Assembly: GCF_006345805.1 (NCBI RefSeq)
Contig: NC_043002.1
Location: 20,646,001 to 20,710,000 of the forward strand
Source of the DNA: Octopus sinensis
Lineage: Eukaryota
Direction: 5' to 3'
DNA length: 64,000 bases
Below the pieces are notes generated by a model. It saw nothing but the letters and a program-made list of their open reading frames with translations, did not search any database and was not told the origin of the DNA. The position numbers and the translations under genes were made by a program. Numbering within the stretch: position 1 is the first letter of the stretch; each line of letters opens with the position of its first letter. Positions 50,701 through 63,185 of this stretch are shown in pieces.

Positions 50701-51701
50701 ATTTAGATTGCATCGCTCAACGTCAAACGCTAACTTAGCATGTACTGAGATCCGCTAAAACTTTCGAAAGGAATACTCCTATCTGGCTGCAATTCAAAGA
50801 CTGAATCCAGTGAAATATTTTCGAAAAATGGTAAAATAATGTTTAAGAAACAAATTAAAGGAATATAATGATAAGGTCAATGACTTATGTAACTTAAATT
50901 TCTAATTAAAAAATGGAAATGAAACGTAAGCCTTAAAAAGCCTCAAGAAAATTGCATATTTTTAACGTGATGCGTAATATATGCAAATACTTTTAAGGGC
51001 ATGCGTACATGATTGTGGAAGAGTATACGCATGTGAAAGTTTGTGTATCTATTATGTAACTATTATGTATCTATTATGTGGGTTAGTGATCGGGTGGGTG
51101 GGTCAGTGAATGGGTTGATAGCTGGCTGGGTAGATGGATGGTTAAATGTATATTACACTCTAGCAAGTGAAAATTCTCAAGACTTTTATATAAACTAAAT
51201 GTTGATCTAGCTTTTTTATTGCCTAACACGCACACACACACACACACACTGCATATGTGTGTGTATCTGTGTCTTAGGTGGTATATTTCATGAGTAGCAA
51301 GAAATAGCGAAGGGCATTCAGAACAGGAAAGAGCGAAAATTTATCTTCGTGGGAGAATTGCAATTGGCAATGGACTCTTATAAAGAGTAGTGTTTATATA
51401 TATATATGTATATATATATATCTATACACACACACATACATACATATATATACACATATATATATATATATCTATACACACACACATACATACATATATA
51501 TACACATATATATATATATCTATACACACACACATACATACATATATATACACACATATATATATATATACACATATATATCTATACACACACATACATA
51601 CATATATATACACACATATATACATACACATATATATCTATACACACACACATACATACATATATATATACACATATATACATACACATATATATATCTT
51701 T

Positions 51702-51741
<40 letters not shown>

Positions 51742-53423
51742 TTATGTGTGTGTGTGTGAGTTACGGAATGGAGTGGGAAATATCCGGGCTACATATTCTT
51801 CATAGCAAGTGGAACCTCATAAGTGGTAAAATCCAAGTGAGGTGTATACAGCCTTCCGGCTCAATAAACCACCAGTGTCCCTAAAGTAGTTTTTTTTATA
51901 TACTTACTGCGGATTGCTTGAAGCTAACTTTCTTCCTACACCTCGATCCCTAGATTTTACACACACACACACACATATATATAAACAAGGGTTACCGTGG
52001 GGGCGGGGCGGTTTGCAAATACTAATGCGTTTATGAGAATCCGTATTTATCAATATTTTTGTTGAATCTTTCGTTTTTAAAGTGCAATATGTACATACAA
52101 TAATAAAATAATATATAAATTATATGGTTTGTTTTGACTAAACATTCTGCCTATTTCTTCTATAAAAGGAAGGCGATGAGTGCTGTAAAGTGATAGGATT
52201 TCTCCCTCTGAGACAGTTTTCTTTCCAAGCAAAAGCCAAATAAACTTCCAGTTTCTGACGCCACTTTTGCCTTTGGGAAAGTCATTGCACTGACTGTCGT
52301 TACTTTACTCATCAATACACTATAACCATTAGCTGACATATATAATCTGTCCCTTGTTCCTCAGAAGTGGTTTTTAGCTTATTCTATCCAAACACAGCTA
52401 GCAATTCTACGAATGTCTCATCCTTCCGTTACTTTTATTGAGACTTAACTTCCGGACATCACGCGTAAAAATCAAAATATTTCCCTGATCTTTATATCTA
52501 GAACTGCAGTCGGTGGGATTTCTCCAAGCGCATGCGCTTTGCCTGAACACAATAACCATTAGGATTCAAATTGAACATTAACTGTCATAATATAGCCAGC
52601 CTGAGAAGGAAGGCCGAGTGTCCTTTCCATTTTTCCTCCTGGTTATCTATTTTAAAAAGCAACAAGACATTGTGGCCTTGTGCTTTCAGTAAAGTATCTA
52701 ATAATTAAGAACGCAATATATCTTCAAACATGTGAGGGTGTACCAATACATCTGCGTTGTATTCATGACATTCCACAAGAGAGATGGGAAGCAAGCTGAA
52801 GAAACACTTGTCTTCAACACAGAACGTAAAAGGACATGGCTCAATTTTGCGAGGCCTCAACTTATTAGAGCAATAACACTTCATATGAATGTTATGCTTC
52901 GTACGAACTTAATTACGGAACAAAATCGAAGTTATGATTCGATATCTCCAACGTAAAAAAAGCCTGTAAATTTATAAATAGAAATAAGAACCTATATAGC
53001 ACGTAAATGATCTATGGTAATAATGGTGGTTGTGGTGATGTTGATAATGATGATGGTGCTGCTGCTGATGATGATTAAGGAAAAATAAATTAAGGGAATA
53101 ATGAAGCGACTGACTTGCTAGAACAAGGAATTGTTGGAAGAAAGGAAAGAAAGAAACACATATGATGAATATGAGTATTTTGAATTATTTAAAGTACGTT
53201 TATATATAAGTGTGTGTGTGTGTGTGTGTGTGTGTGTATCTGCATATACACACACATATATGAGGATCTATCTCTCTGTTTGTCTGTTTATCTATCAATC
53301 TACGCACGCACACATACATAATCATATATACTCACATACGTATGCTTACACACGAACATATAAACACGAACTTTCCACTCTCTCTCACAAAACATATGTA
53401 TATACCTACTCTCACGCATATAC

Positions 53424-53465
<42 letters not shown>

Positions 53466-53472
<7 letters not shown>

Positions 53473-53525
53473 ATACATACATACATACATGCATGTATAC
53501 ATACATACATACATACATACGTACA

Positions 53526-53559
<34 letters not shown>

Positions 53560-53666
53560 CATACATACATACATACATACACACACATACATACATACAT
53601 GCATACATACATACACATGCATACATACATACATGCATACATACATACACACACACACACATACAT

Positions 53667-53706
<40 letters not shown>

Positions 53707-53727
53707 ACATACATACATACATGCATA
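53466..53727. repeat. (CATA)n/(CA)n compound microsatellite
   Basis: Direct reading. Explains the HTYI/MYVC ORFs; similar tracts at 33085-33265, 39100-39600 and 51390-51760. Confidence 0.95.
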
Positions 53728-54339
53728 CATATACATTTACATACTAGACTGGTCGTGCCGTTTTATCTCTTCACCATTGGATAAGTTGGTGAAGTTACAC
53801 ACGATTGCTTTGCACGCTTGAGTGGTTGAGATGCTTATTTCCACATCATTGCATTTAGAATTGATCTTAGTCAATCAGACTAGAAAGAATGTATGTTTTC
53901 CTCTACCCACCTCCATCTCTCTTTACAGCTCACAATTATACACACATACAGAGGCATATATACACAAGCATATACATACATACACGTATGATTATATATA
54001 TATACATAATGTAATCATATATGTAATGTAATCATTTATATATATATAATGTAATCATTAATATTATATATATGTATGTATATAATCTTATTTACACCCA
54101 CACACATACAAAGGAATGGGTGTGTGCGCATGCGCACGTTGAGTTAGTGGTGATGGTATTGTCTTGGTACTAGTAGGGGTGAGACTAGTGTTGAAATAAT
54201 GGTGTTAATGTGAGTGTGTGTGTGTGTGTGTGTGTCTCCTGGTGGTATTGGTGGTGACGGTGCCTAGGATAGTGTGAGAGTGTGGATAGTAATGATTAGT
54301 AATGATGTGTAATAGTAAATGCCATTGTATGATGGGTGT

Positions 54340-55040
54340 TAATGTGTAATAGAAGCAGTTGCGGTGATAGTACTGTGCATAGTATTGTGGTGGTGGTGGT
54401 AGTGATGTAATAGAAGCAGTTGCGGTGATAGTACAGTGCATAGTATAGTGGTGGTGGTAGTGATGTAATAGAAGCAGTTGCGGTGATAGTACAGTGCATA
54501 GTATAGTGGTGGTGGTAGTGATGTAATAGAAACAGTTGCGGTGATAGTACTGTAATAGAAGCAGTTGCGGTGATAGTATTGTGCATAGTATAGTAATGGT
54601 GGTAGTGATGTAATAGAAGCAGTTGCGGTGATAGTACTGTAATAGAAGCAGTTGCGGTGATAGTACTGTGCATAGTATAGTAGTGGTGGTAGTAATGTAA
54701 TAGAAGCAGTTGCGGTGATAGTACAGTGCATAGTATAGTGGTGGTGGTAGTGATGTAATAGAAACAGTTGCGGTGATAGTACTGTGCATAGTATAGAGGT
54801 GGTGGTAGTGATGTAATAGAAACAGTTGCGGTGATAGTACAGTGCATAGTATAGAGGTGGTGGTAGTGATGTAATAGAAACAGTTGCGGTGATAGTACTG
54901 TGCATAGTATAGAGGTGGTGGTAGTGATGTAATAGAAACAGTTGCGGTGATAGTACTGTGCATAGTAATAGTGGTGGTGGTAGTGATGTAATAGAAGCAG
55001 TTGCGGTGATAGTACTGTGCATAGTAATAGTGGTGGTGGT
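54340..55040. repeat. 58-bp minisatellite with 29-bp half units
   Basis: GCGGTGATAG cores at 54361, 54422, 54480, 54538, 54567, 54625, 54654, 54712, 54770, 54828, 54886, 54944 and 55003. Confidence 0.9.
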
Positions 55041-55321
55041 GGTAGTGGTAGCGTTAATGGCGTGTATACAATAGCAGAGATGTTGTTGTTGTTGGTGGTG
55101 GTGATGCTGTTAATGGTTTATGTTTAATAGCAGAGGCAACGGTAGTGTTGCACTCATTAACTCTTGATTTGCACCAGCTGTTACTTGTATGTAATAAGCG
55201 AGGATTTTCTATGTTGAAATGACTTCTTGCATACAAAAAATGGAATCTATAGAGATGTGGTGGTGAGCGGTGACTAACTGTGGTTAATAGCTCCTCGGCC
55301 TACTAGAAACACATGCTATAC

Positions 55322-55872
55322 CAGTGGTTCTCAGCAGGGGTCCATATGGCTCCTGAGGATCTATATGAGATTTTTAGGGGTCCACGTAACAAAATAGTGA
55401 ATTGGGGATCTACAATAGTACTTTAAGGTCCCTTGAAAAGATTTTGCTTTAGATGTATGTATTGGTATGCGTTGCAATAAATCAGAGGTTTTCAACCAGG
55501 ATTCCGCGGAACCTTAGGGTTCCGCCAGTCCAGGGGTTCCGCAAGAAGTTACAAAACTGCTAAAATCGGCAGTAATTTTTAAGTCTCCTGTGCAGATATG
55601 TGTGCATAAGACTATTAAATTATTGCACAGGGGTTCCTCGAGCCAGTGGAATGTTTCCTTGGGGTTCCGCTCCAGCAAAAAGTTTGAAAAGCACTGCAAT
55701 AAATAGTTTGGTTTCTTTCTCTATCATTTTGCATATTTTAACCTACACAAGTTAAAGTGTGTGTGTAGGGGGAGAAACTAGTTTTTAAAACATCGAATGG
55801 TTATGGGGGTCAACCAGAATAAAATAGAACTCAAAGGGGTCCATAGATAAAAAAAAAATGGTTGAGAACCCG
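55322..55872. mobile_element. hAT (Charlie-like) MITE, outer element of a nested pair
   Basis: CAGTGGTTCTCAGC ... GTTGAGAACCCG termini; TSD TGCTATAC/TCCTATAC (7/8 match). Confidence 0.65.
55483..55696. mobile_element. hAT MITE nested inside 55322-55872
   Basis: CAGAGGTTTTCAACC ... TTTGAAAAGCACTG with perfect 8-bp TSD CAATAAAT at 55475 and 55697. Confidence 0.8.
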
Positions 55873-56086
55873 TCCTATACCATCTTAGTAAAATGGAATG
55901 GTGTCAGATAATGCTCGTCCTAGATACTCCTAAAAGATAGGCGGGTCACAGTTGGAATGCTTTTGATCATAGTTTTTTACTTGATCAGGATTGATTTTGG
56001 ATATAATCCACCCAATCACACAAACCATGAAATAAATCTCTCTCGAATCAGAACTCTACCTTATTTAAAGAGACACGGATCCTGCG

Positions 56087-56395
56087 CCAGAGATCCTTGG
56101 GAGGAACCTCAATGGTTTAAATAATTATATCATTTATATAATGATACTAATTATAGTGTTAATTTATTTTAAATAAAGAGGTTGCTGATTCTAATAATAA
56201 TAATAATGATAATAATAATAATAATCCTTTCTATCATAGGCACAGTTCTGATCTGTAATGATCTGTCAAGTTTACAAGCGCTGATCTGGGGCTTTCCAAA
56301 TCTACTACTACTACTTGTCTATCTATCTATCTATCTATCTATCAATCAAATTTATATGGACTGACCTAGGGAATCACAACAGTAATCCCTTCAAC

Positions 56396-56442
<47 letters not shown>

Positions 56443-57356
56443 CAGCAGCAGCAATGGCGGTAGCAGTGATGTAAGATGAGTAATGTAAGATGACTACGAT
56501 GAGATAACGATAATGAGGCTACGATGACAGCAGCATGATAATAAAGATTGATGATTCTGATAAGGTTGATGGTGGTGGCGACGATGATAGTGATGATGAT
56601 GATGATGGTGGTCGTCGTCGTGGTGACGATGGACCATAATTATGATGATAATAATAATGATGATGATGATGATAATGAGGATGACTATGATAATGAAGAT
56701 AATGGTGATGGTGGCGATGATACTGTGGATGGTAAAAATGGTAATTATAGTTCGTTTTGGGTCGTACTTTTGAAACATTGAAGCATTTAAAAATAAGTCT
56801 TACAAAATTGCACCGATTCATTTATATAGCTTTTATCTGATGTTATTAATAACTACATTTCGTACTTAAGCAACTTCGCCAAAATCTTCCACCCATCCAT
56901 TCACCCATCTTCTTCCCTTGCTATTCCTGAGAGTGCCATTGAGGGTAGAGCCTTCAGGCACTTCCTTTTTAGGGTCCTATCAAAAGCAACCGTCATTTAA
57001 CCTTCCGGTTGGATTCCCAAGCATGACCTACTGAGACTATGGATATGTCATCCTACCGACTCGTTCTTGGTCTCTCCTTAGGTTTCCTTCCGGTTGGTTC
57101 GGCTTGAAGAATCCGTCTTGCAATTCTTTCCTGTGACAGTCTAATCCTATGACTGTAGTACTGGAGTTGTGACTTCTCATGACGGAAAAGTAGTGGTTTG
57201 ACCTGGAGAGACTCTCTTATCTCCGAACTGCACACTCTGTCGAGTAACGTTACACCAGAGATCCTTGGGAGGAACCTCCATGGTTTAAATAATTACATCA
57301 TTTATGTAATGATACTAATTATAGTGTTAATCATTTTAAAAATGAGGTTGATGTTT

Positions 57357-57388
<32 letters not shown>

Positions 57389-57407
57389 CCTTTCTATTAT
57401 AGGTACA
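56087..57407. repeat. Dispersed direct repeat of ~155 bp (56087-56244 and 57255-57407)
   Basis: CCAGAGATCCTTGGGAGGAACCTC.ATGGTTTAAATAATTA...(AAT)n CCTTTCTAT.ATAGG present twice, ~1.17 kb apart. Confidence 0.85.
56885..57250 (-). mobile_element. RTE-clade LINE 3' fragment
   Basis: SQLQYYSHRIRLSQERIARRILQAEPTGRKPKERPRTSR resembles the RTE motif WxGHVxRM..R..GxRxxGRPxxxW. Confidence 0.75.
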
Positions 57408-58535
57408 ATATAAGGGGACTAATCGATTATATCGACCCCAGTCTTTCACTGGTACCTAAGTTATCGACCCTGAAAAAATGAAAGGCAAAGTTGACATCGG
57501 TGGAATTTTAACTCACTTTCTTCTATAGGCATAAGGCCTGAAATTTAGTGGGAGGGGACTAGTCGATTACATCGACCCCAGTGTTTCACTGGTACTTAAA
57601 CTATCGTCCCTGAAAGGATGAAAAGCAAAGTCGACCTCGGCGGAATTTGAACACAGAACATAATAAATGACGGACGAAATGCCACTAAGAATTTTGCCCG
57701 GCGTGCTCAGAAGTAAATAAATAAATATAAAACGAGAGTGGTGGCGTCGACTTGCTCAACTAAAACCCTTCAAGGCTGTAACCCCAGCATGGCAGTAGTC
57801 CCGTGATTGAAACAAGTAAAAGATAAAAGATATCAAGTACCATGTATAGATACTCAGGGTAAGCTGGAGTCATCAGTAAAATATATTGTCGACAAAAGAC
57901 CTTATCGTTATGTAACTAAACGTAGTAGATTGCTCGTATTTACTTAAGCTAATTATTGCAACAAATAAATTTTAAATAATATCCGGTTCTTAGCCACACA
58001 TTTTCATTAGAAACAACCAATAACAAACATGGAATAAGTCTCTATTTTCTGTAACGTAACCACACAAGCGCTCCTCACTGTTTGTACCACGTGGTTAGAA
58101 ATATCCTCGTTAATTTCGTCTATTTATGTTGTTAAATATGTTTTTGTTCAGGCATTAGTTTACAATTTTAATTAATATTCAACTGTTTTTCATAAGGCCA
58201 TTTAAAGGAAAAATTTTCTTATTTGAAAAGGGTCGGATTGCGAAATAGAATACAATTCTAAAAAGTTTTTCAATGAGCAAAAGTATACGATGCAACTTGC
58301 GAACATATACAATAAAATTGTGGAGTATGAAACAATAAAAGTATTAAGTAATGGAAGCATGAAAGAACGAAGAATATTTTCCATACTCTCATTTGTTTGT
58401 TATGTCTGCCCAAATCTAAGCACACTCTTCATTTTCCAACGAAAGGCAGGAATTATTCTGTTTTTATGTCACTATATGTAATATATCTTGGAGCTAGAGT
58501 TAGTATGTTTAAGAACATCAGACATTAGAATCGCC

Positions 58536-58925
58536 ATCATCGTCGTTTAACGTTTGCTTTCCATGCTAGCATGGGATGGACGATTTGACTGGGGTCTGGC
58601 GAACCAGATGGCTGCACCAGACTCCAATCTGATCTGGCAGAGTTTCTACAGCTGGGTTCCCTTCCTAAGGCCAACCACTCCGGGAGTGTGGTGGGTGCTG
58701 TTACGTGCCACCGGCACGAGGGCCAGTCAGGCGGTACTGGCAACGTCCACGCTCAAATGGTGCTTTTTATGTGCCACCTGCACAGGAGCCAGTCCAGCGG
58801 CAATGGCAACGACCTCGCTCGAATGTTTTTTCACGTTCTTCCAGCACAAGTGCCAGTAAGGTGACGCAGGTAAAGATCACGCTCGAATAGTGCTTTTTGC
58901 TTACCACCGGCACGGATGCCAGTCA
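58536..58925 (-). mobile_element. SINE-like family C
   Basis: Same tail and degenerate 66-bp units as 1762-2172. Confidence 0.75.
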
Positions 58926-58995
58926 TCGAATTTGATTTCGATTTCGATACATATACACATGTGTCTGTGTGTGTGTGCGTGTATGTGTGTGTGTG

Positions 58996-59044
<49 letters not shown>

Positions 59045-59514
59045 GGCGTGCAAATTATGTGGGTAAACAAATTAAATATAACAGGTTGGGTATGAAATAC
59101 AAAATATGTATATATGTATACATGCATGTATACATATATATAGCCATACTTTACCACTTTTACCCCGCGGAACTGATCCCTGTAAAGACAACGGAGTGTA
59201 AGTTTGAATCATTTGAGCGCTCTGAATTTCATCTGTTGACTTATATATATATATAGTCAACAGATGAGATGTTTAGCGGCATTTCTTCTAGCTTATTACA
59301 TTCTGAGTTCAAATTCCGCCAAGGTCGACTTTGCCTTTTATGTTTTCGGGGTCGATAAAATAGGTGGCACTCAAGCCCTGAACTCAATGTAATCGACTTG
59401 CACCCTTCTCCCAATTTCAGGCCTTGTGCCTATAATAGAAAGGATTATGTTTATTATTGGGGCTATTCTGATTTCATCCTCCCCCAAATTTCAAGTGTGT
59501 AATAAAAAAACGTG

Positions 59515-59745
59515 AAGTTCTCTCCCGAGCCGGATTCCCAGTCTCCATAGCTTACATATTCCCAACCTGGACAGGATGCCGGTCCGTCGGTGAATTGCTC
59601 ATTTTTGCCAGCTAAGTGGACGGGAGCAACGGGGAATGACGTGTTCTGCTCAGGAACACAACGCATCGCCCGGTCCAGGAATCGAAACCACAATCTTACG
59701 ATCATGAGTCCAACACCCTAAGCACTAAGCCACGCACCTCCACGT
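59515..59745 (-). mobile_element. tRNA-derived SINE family E
   Basis: On +: GGAATCGAAACCACAATCTTACGATCATGAGTCCAACACCCTAAGCACTAAGCCACGC. Related copies near 10180-10360, 18895-18995, 34150-34270 and 63340-63580. Confidence 0.7.
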
Positions 59746-60299
59746 CGTATAATAGAAAGGGTTATTATTATTATTTTTTATACTCCTCTTTCACACGTTC
59801 CCTGGGTTAATATCATCCGATACACGTGAATCAGTTCACTTGACACAATGTAGGAGAATTAAACTCGTGTCTGCACAGTTATGTAGTTCGCCAGACAGAA
59901 ACAAATGAAATTCTCATGTTCTATTCTCCACCCCACCATCTTACAACTCCTAAGTATTCCAAGGACATTACACACACACACACATGTGCATTATGATATG
60001 TATAATGATATACCATGTATATAATTATATACCATATGTATACTAATACACTATACACTATATAACTTTTACTCTTTCGTTTGCTTCAGTTATTGGACTG
60101 TGATCATGCTGGGGCACCACCTTCAAGGATTTTGCTCGATTAAATCGACGCCAATAATTATTCTTTAATCTGCTGCCAATCGTATCGCCCTCTATTTGTC
60201 GAACCGTTACGACACGGAGCATAAACAAAAGTACCTTCTTTTTTTCAAGGGATGTTACGGCAAGGAGACACATAGAGACAGCCACATGTAAATCGCCGC

Positions 60300-60335
<36 letters not shown>

Positions 60336-60516
60336 TGGACTACTGCTCAGTTTCTGTCAATCAGTTTCACTCACAAAGCATCAATTGGCCCGAGGCTATT
60401 TTATTTATAGATTCTCAAATGCTACCAAGTGGGACCGAACCCGACGCATGAATTCACACAACACAGCATTTATTGGATAATTTGAAACGTAAGGTATACC
60501 TTTTTAAAACATACTC

Positions 60517-61060
60517 AGAACCACATGGTTCCGGGTTCAGTCCCACTGCGTCTTCTACCTAAGACCTGTGGCCGACCAAAACGTTGTGAGTGGATTTGGT
60601 AGACGGAAACTGAAAGAAGCCCGTCGTAAATATGTATATATATGTATGTCTGTGTGTATGTTTGTGTGTCTGTGTTCCCCCCCCCCAGCAACATCGCTTG
60701 ACAATCAATGCTGGTGTGTTTACGACCCCGTAACTTAGCGGTTCGGCAAAAGAGACCGATATGGTCTACAGGCAACTTAGGATGTAATGGTATCTCTTCT
60801 CATTCCCTCCAAACCAGTCTTTCAGGCCTGGTCTTGCCAAATTGCCGTAGGCACTGTCTGTTTTCCTTTCAGCCGTCCCTAATCTGAAATCCCGCGGTCA
60901 CTGGGTGTTCACAAACACAGTGGTTCTGGGGGCATTCGTTTAGCGTACTAGGCTTACAAAAAGTAAGTCCTGGGGTCGATTAAAGAATAAGTCCTGCTCG
61001 ACTAAAGGCGGTGCTCCAGCATGGCCACAGTCAAATGACTGAAACAAGTAAAGAGAGTAA
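60517..61060 (+). mobile_element. SINE family B interrupted by a 187-bp insertion (60761-60947)
   Basis: Family B GAGACCGAT...CTAGGCTTAC is split by a segment that also occurs at 63683-63889. Confidence 0.75.
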
Positions 61061-61228
61061 ATAAAAGAATATATATATTTCTACACAAGTGTCAGAACAA
61101 ATGTATAATTACACACGCATACATATGAGAATGTGCTTATAATACAGTTAAGGAAAGGGGGGGGGGGTCAGTGGGACTATTTCTATGTTTTAGCGTCAGT
61201 GTTTGTATATGTGTGTGTTTGTGTGCGA

Positions 61229-61259
<31 letters not shown>

Positions 61260-61399
61260 CGTGTACGTGTGTACTTACACGTCACGGTGAACAACGCCTT
61301 GAGAAGAAAATAAAAACGTCTGGTCGACCCAGTTCTACAGTGGTGGGACCGTTTCACACTGTGGCCGACACCACCGCCACAGACTACACCGCTACCACC

Positions 61400-62060
61400 G
61401 CCGACACCACCAGCACTACTACCACCACCGACACCACCATCATTACAACACCATCGCCGCTAAATACTGCCTTAATCTTACACTTGCCCCTCCATCTTCA
61501 TCAACACCAACCGGCAATTTTATCTACCTCTTTACCAGACTCTTTAACCCATCTCGTAGATGCTCCTCACACCACCACCGCCGCCGCCGTCGCCGTCATC
61601 ATCATCATCATCACCACCACCACCACTACCACCCCCTCTTCCATCACCACCACCACCACCACCACCACCATCAACACCATCATCATCATCATCACCACCA
61701 CCATCCCCTCTTCCATCATCACTATTTATTCATTACCTCTCTGCTCTTGTCTCCAATGCTGCTGTTACCGCTGCCACCGCCGCCTTCACCACCACCACCA
61801 CCACAACCACCACCACCACCGCCATCACGGCAGTTCACCTTCACGATTACGACCATAGTTACTACATCCCATTTCTACCTTTCACGACGGCGACGACGAC
61901 CAGCATCACCACTGCCACTACCGCCATTCTTCTACTACTACCGCAACTATCCTCACCCCATATTACTACGTCTCGGTTCCTCTCGACACCATCAAACCCT
62001 CCACCACCACCACCACCACCACCACCACCACCACCACCCACCCACCAACCAACCAGCCAA
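61400..62060. repeat. (CAC)/(CAT)-rich low-complexity region
   Basis: Direct reading. Similar trinucleotide tracts at 48570-48825 and 56390-56740. Confidence 0.85.
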
Positions 62061-62185
62061 CCAACCTCCCGAATCTATTATTCTATCCTTACCCTCCCTT
62101 AGTTTCTCCCACCCTCACACTAAATTCACTAAGTACCGCTACCAAACTTTCTTTGCCTGCGCCATCAAAAAAACAAAAAAAAACA

Positions 62186-62413
62186 TACCTATTTCTTTAC
62201 TATCCACAATGGGCTAAACACAGAGAGGACAAACAAGGACAGACAAACGGATTAAGTCGATTATATCGACTCCAGTGCGTAACTGGTACTTATTTAATCG
62301 ACCTCGAAAGGATGAAAGGCAAAGTCGACCTCGGCGGAATTTGAACTCAGAACGTTGCGGCAGACGAAATCCCGCTAAGCATTTCGCCCGGCGTGCTAAC
62401 GTTTCTGCCAGCT
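62186..62413 (-). mobile_element. SINE family A
   Basis: Reverse complement of the family A body and head. Further partial copies lie near 1210-1310, 1540-1750, 7100-7250, 24020-24215, 25280-25430, 27850-27965, 29430-29630, 57385-57710 and 59270-59445. Confidence 0.8.
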
Positions 62414-62549
62414 TAAATCATATAGTCGATCCTTCATACGAACTAGAAAGGAGCTTCGAGGTGGTTGCATGACCTGCTAAAAACATCAGCCAAATCCCCA
62501 TCAATTCACACGTTAACCGTTTCAAAGAACGCCAAAGGAATTTTTTATT

Positions 62550-62771
62550 CTTTTATTCTTTAACTTGTTTCAGTCATTTGACTGCGGCCATGCTGGAGCA
62601 CCGCCTTTAGTCGAGCAAATCGACCCCAGGACTTATTCTTTGTAAACCTGGTACTTATTCTATCAGTCTCTTTTGCCGAGCCGCTAAGTTACGGGGACGT
62701 AAAGGCTCCAGTATCGGTTGTCAAACGATGGTTGGGGAAAGGGCACAAACACAGACACACAAACATATGCA

Positions 62772-62805
<34 letters not shown>

Positions 62806-62807
62806 GC

Positions 62808-62844
<37 letters not shown>

Positions 62845-63185
62845 GGGGGAAGGAGAATTGACACACACACAAAAAACAGGTGGTGTAGACAACAAACAGA
62901 TGTATTAGTATAACGCTCGGGAAGTGAAAAAGTCTAAAACGTTTGAGCCTACGATCTTCCACAGAAAGGTACACAGAAAGGTACACAGAAAGAAACAGGG
63001 AGAGAAAATAAAGTATATATATATATATATATACGACGGGCCTCTTTCAGTTTCTGTCTGCCAAATCCACTTACAAGGCTTTGGTCGACCCGAAGCTATA
63101 GTAGAAGACACCTACCCAAAGTGCCAAGCAGTGGGGCTGAACCCTGAACCATGTGGTTCGTAAGCAAACTACTTACTACACACCA
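62550..63185 (-). mobile_element. SINE family B with expanded internal microsatellite and insert
   Basis: Family B tail at 62550-62760 and head at 63030-63185, separated by (CATA)n, (AG)n and unique sequence. Confidence 0.7.

Noticed and set aside
52440-52540. ACTTCCGG and GCGCATGCGC promoter-like motifs
   Set aside because: Two short motifs without a CpG-rich context or a linked first exon are not enough evidence.
51378-53821. Long ORFs rich in HTYI, MYVC or IYIY (also 32966-33325 and 39087-39691)
   Set aside because: They are translations of (CA)n, (TA)n and (CATA)n microsatellites.
61133-62217. Pro-, Thr- and His-rich ORFs of 156-241 aa
   Set aside because: They come from (CAC)n low complexity, with no splice or codon evidence.
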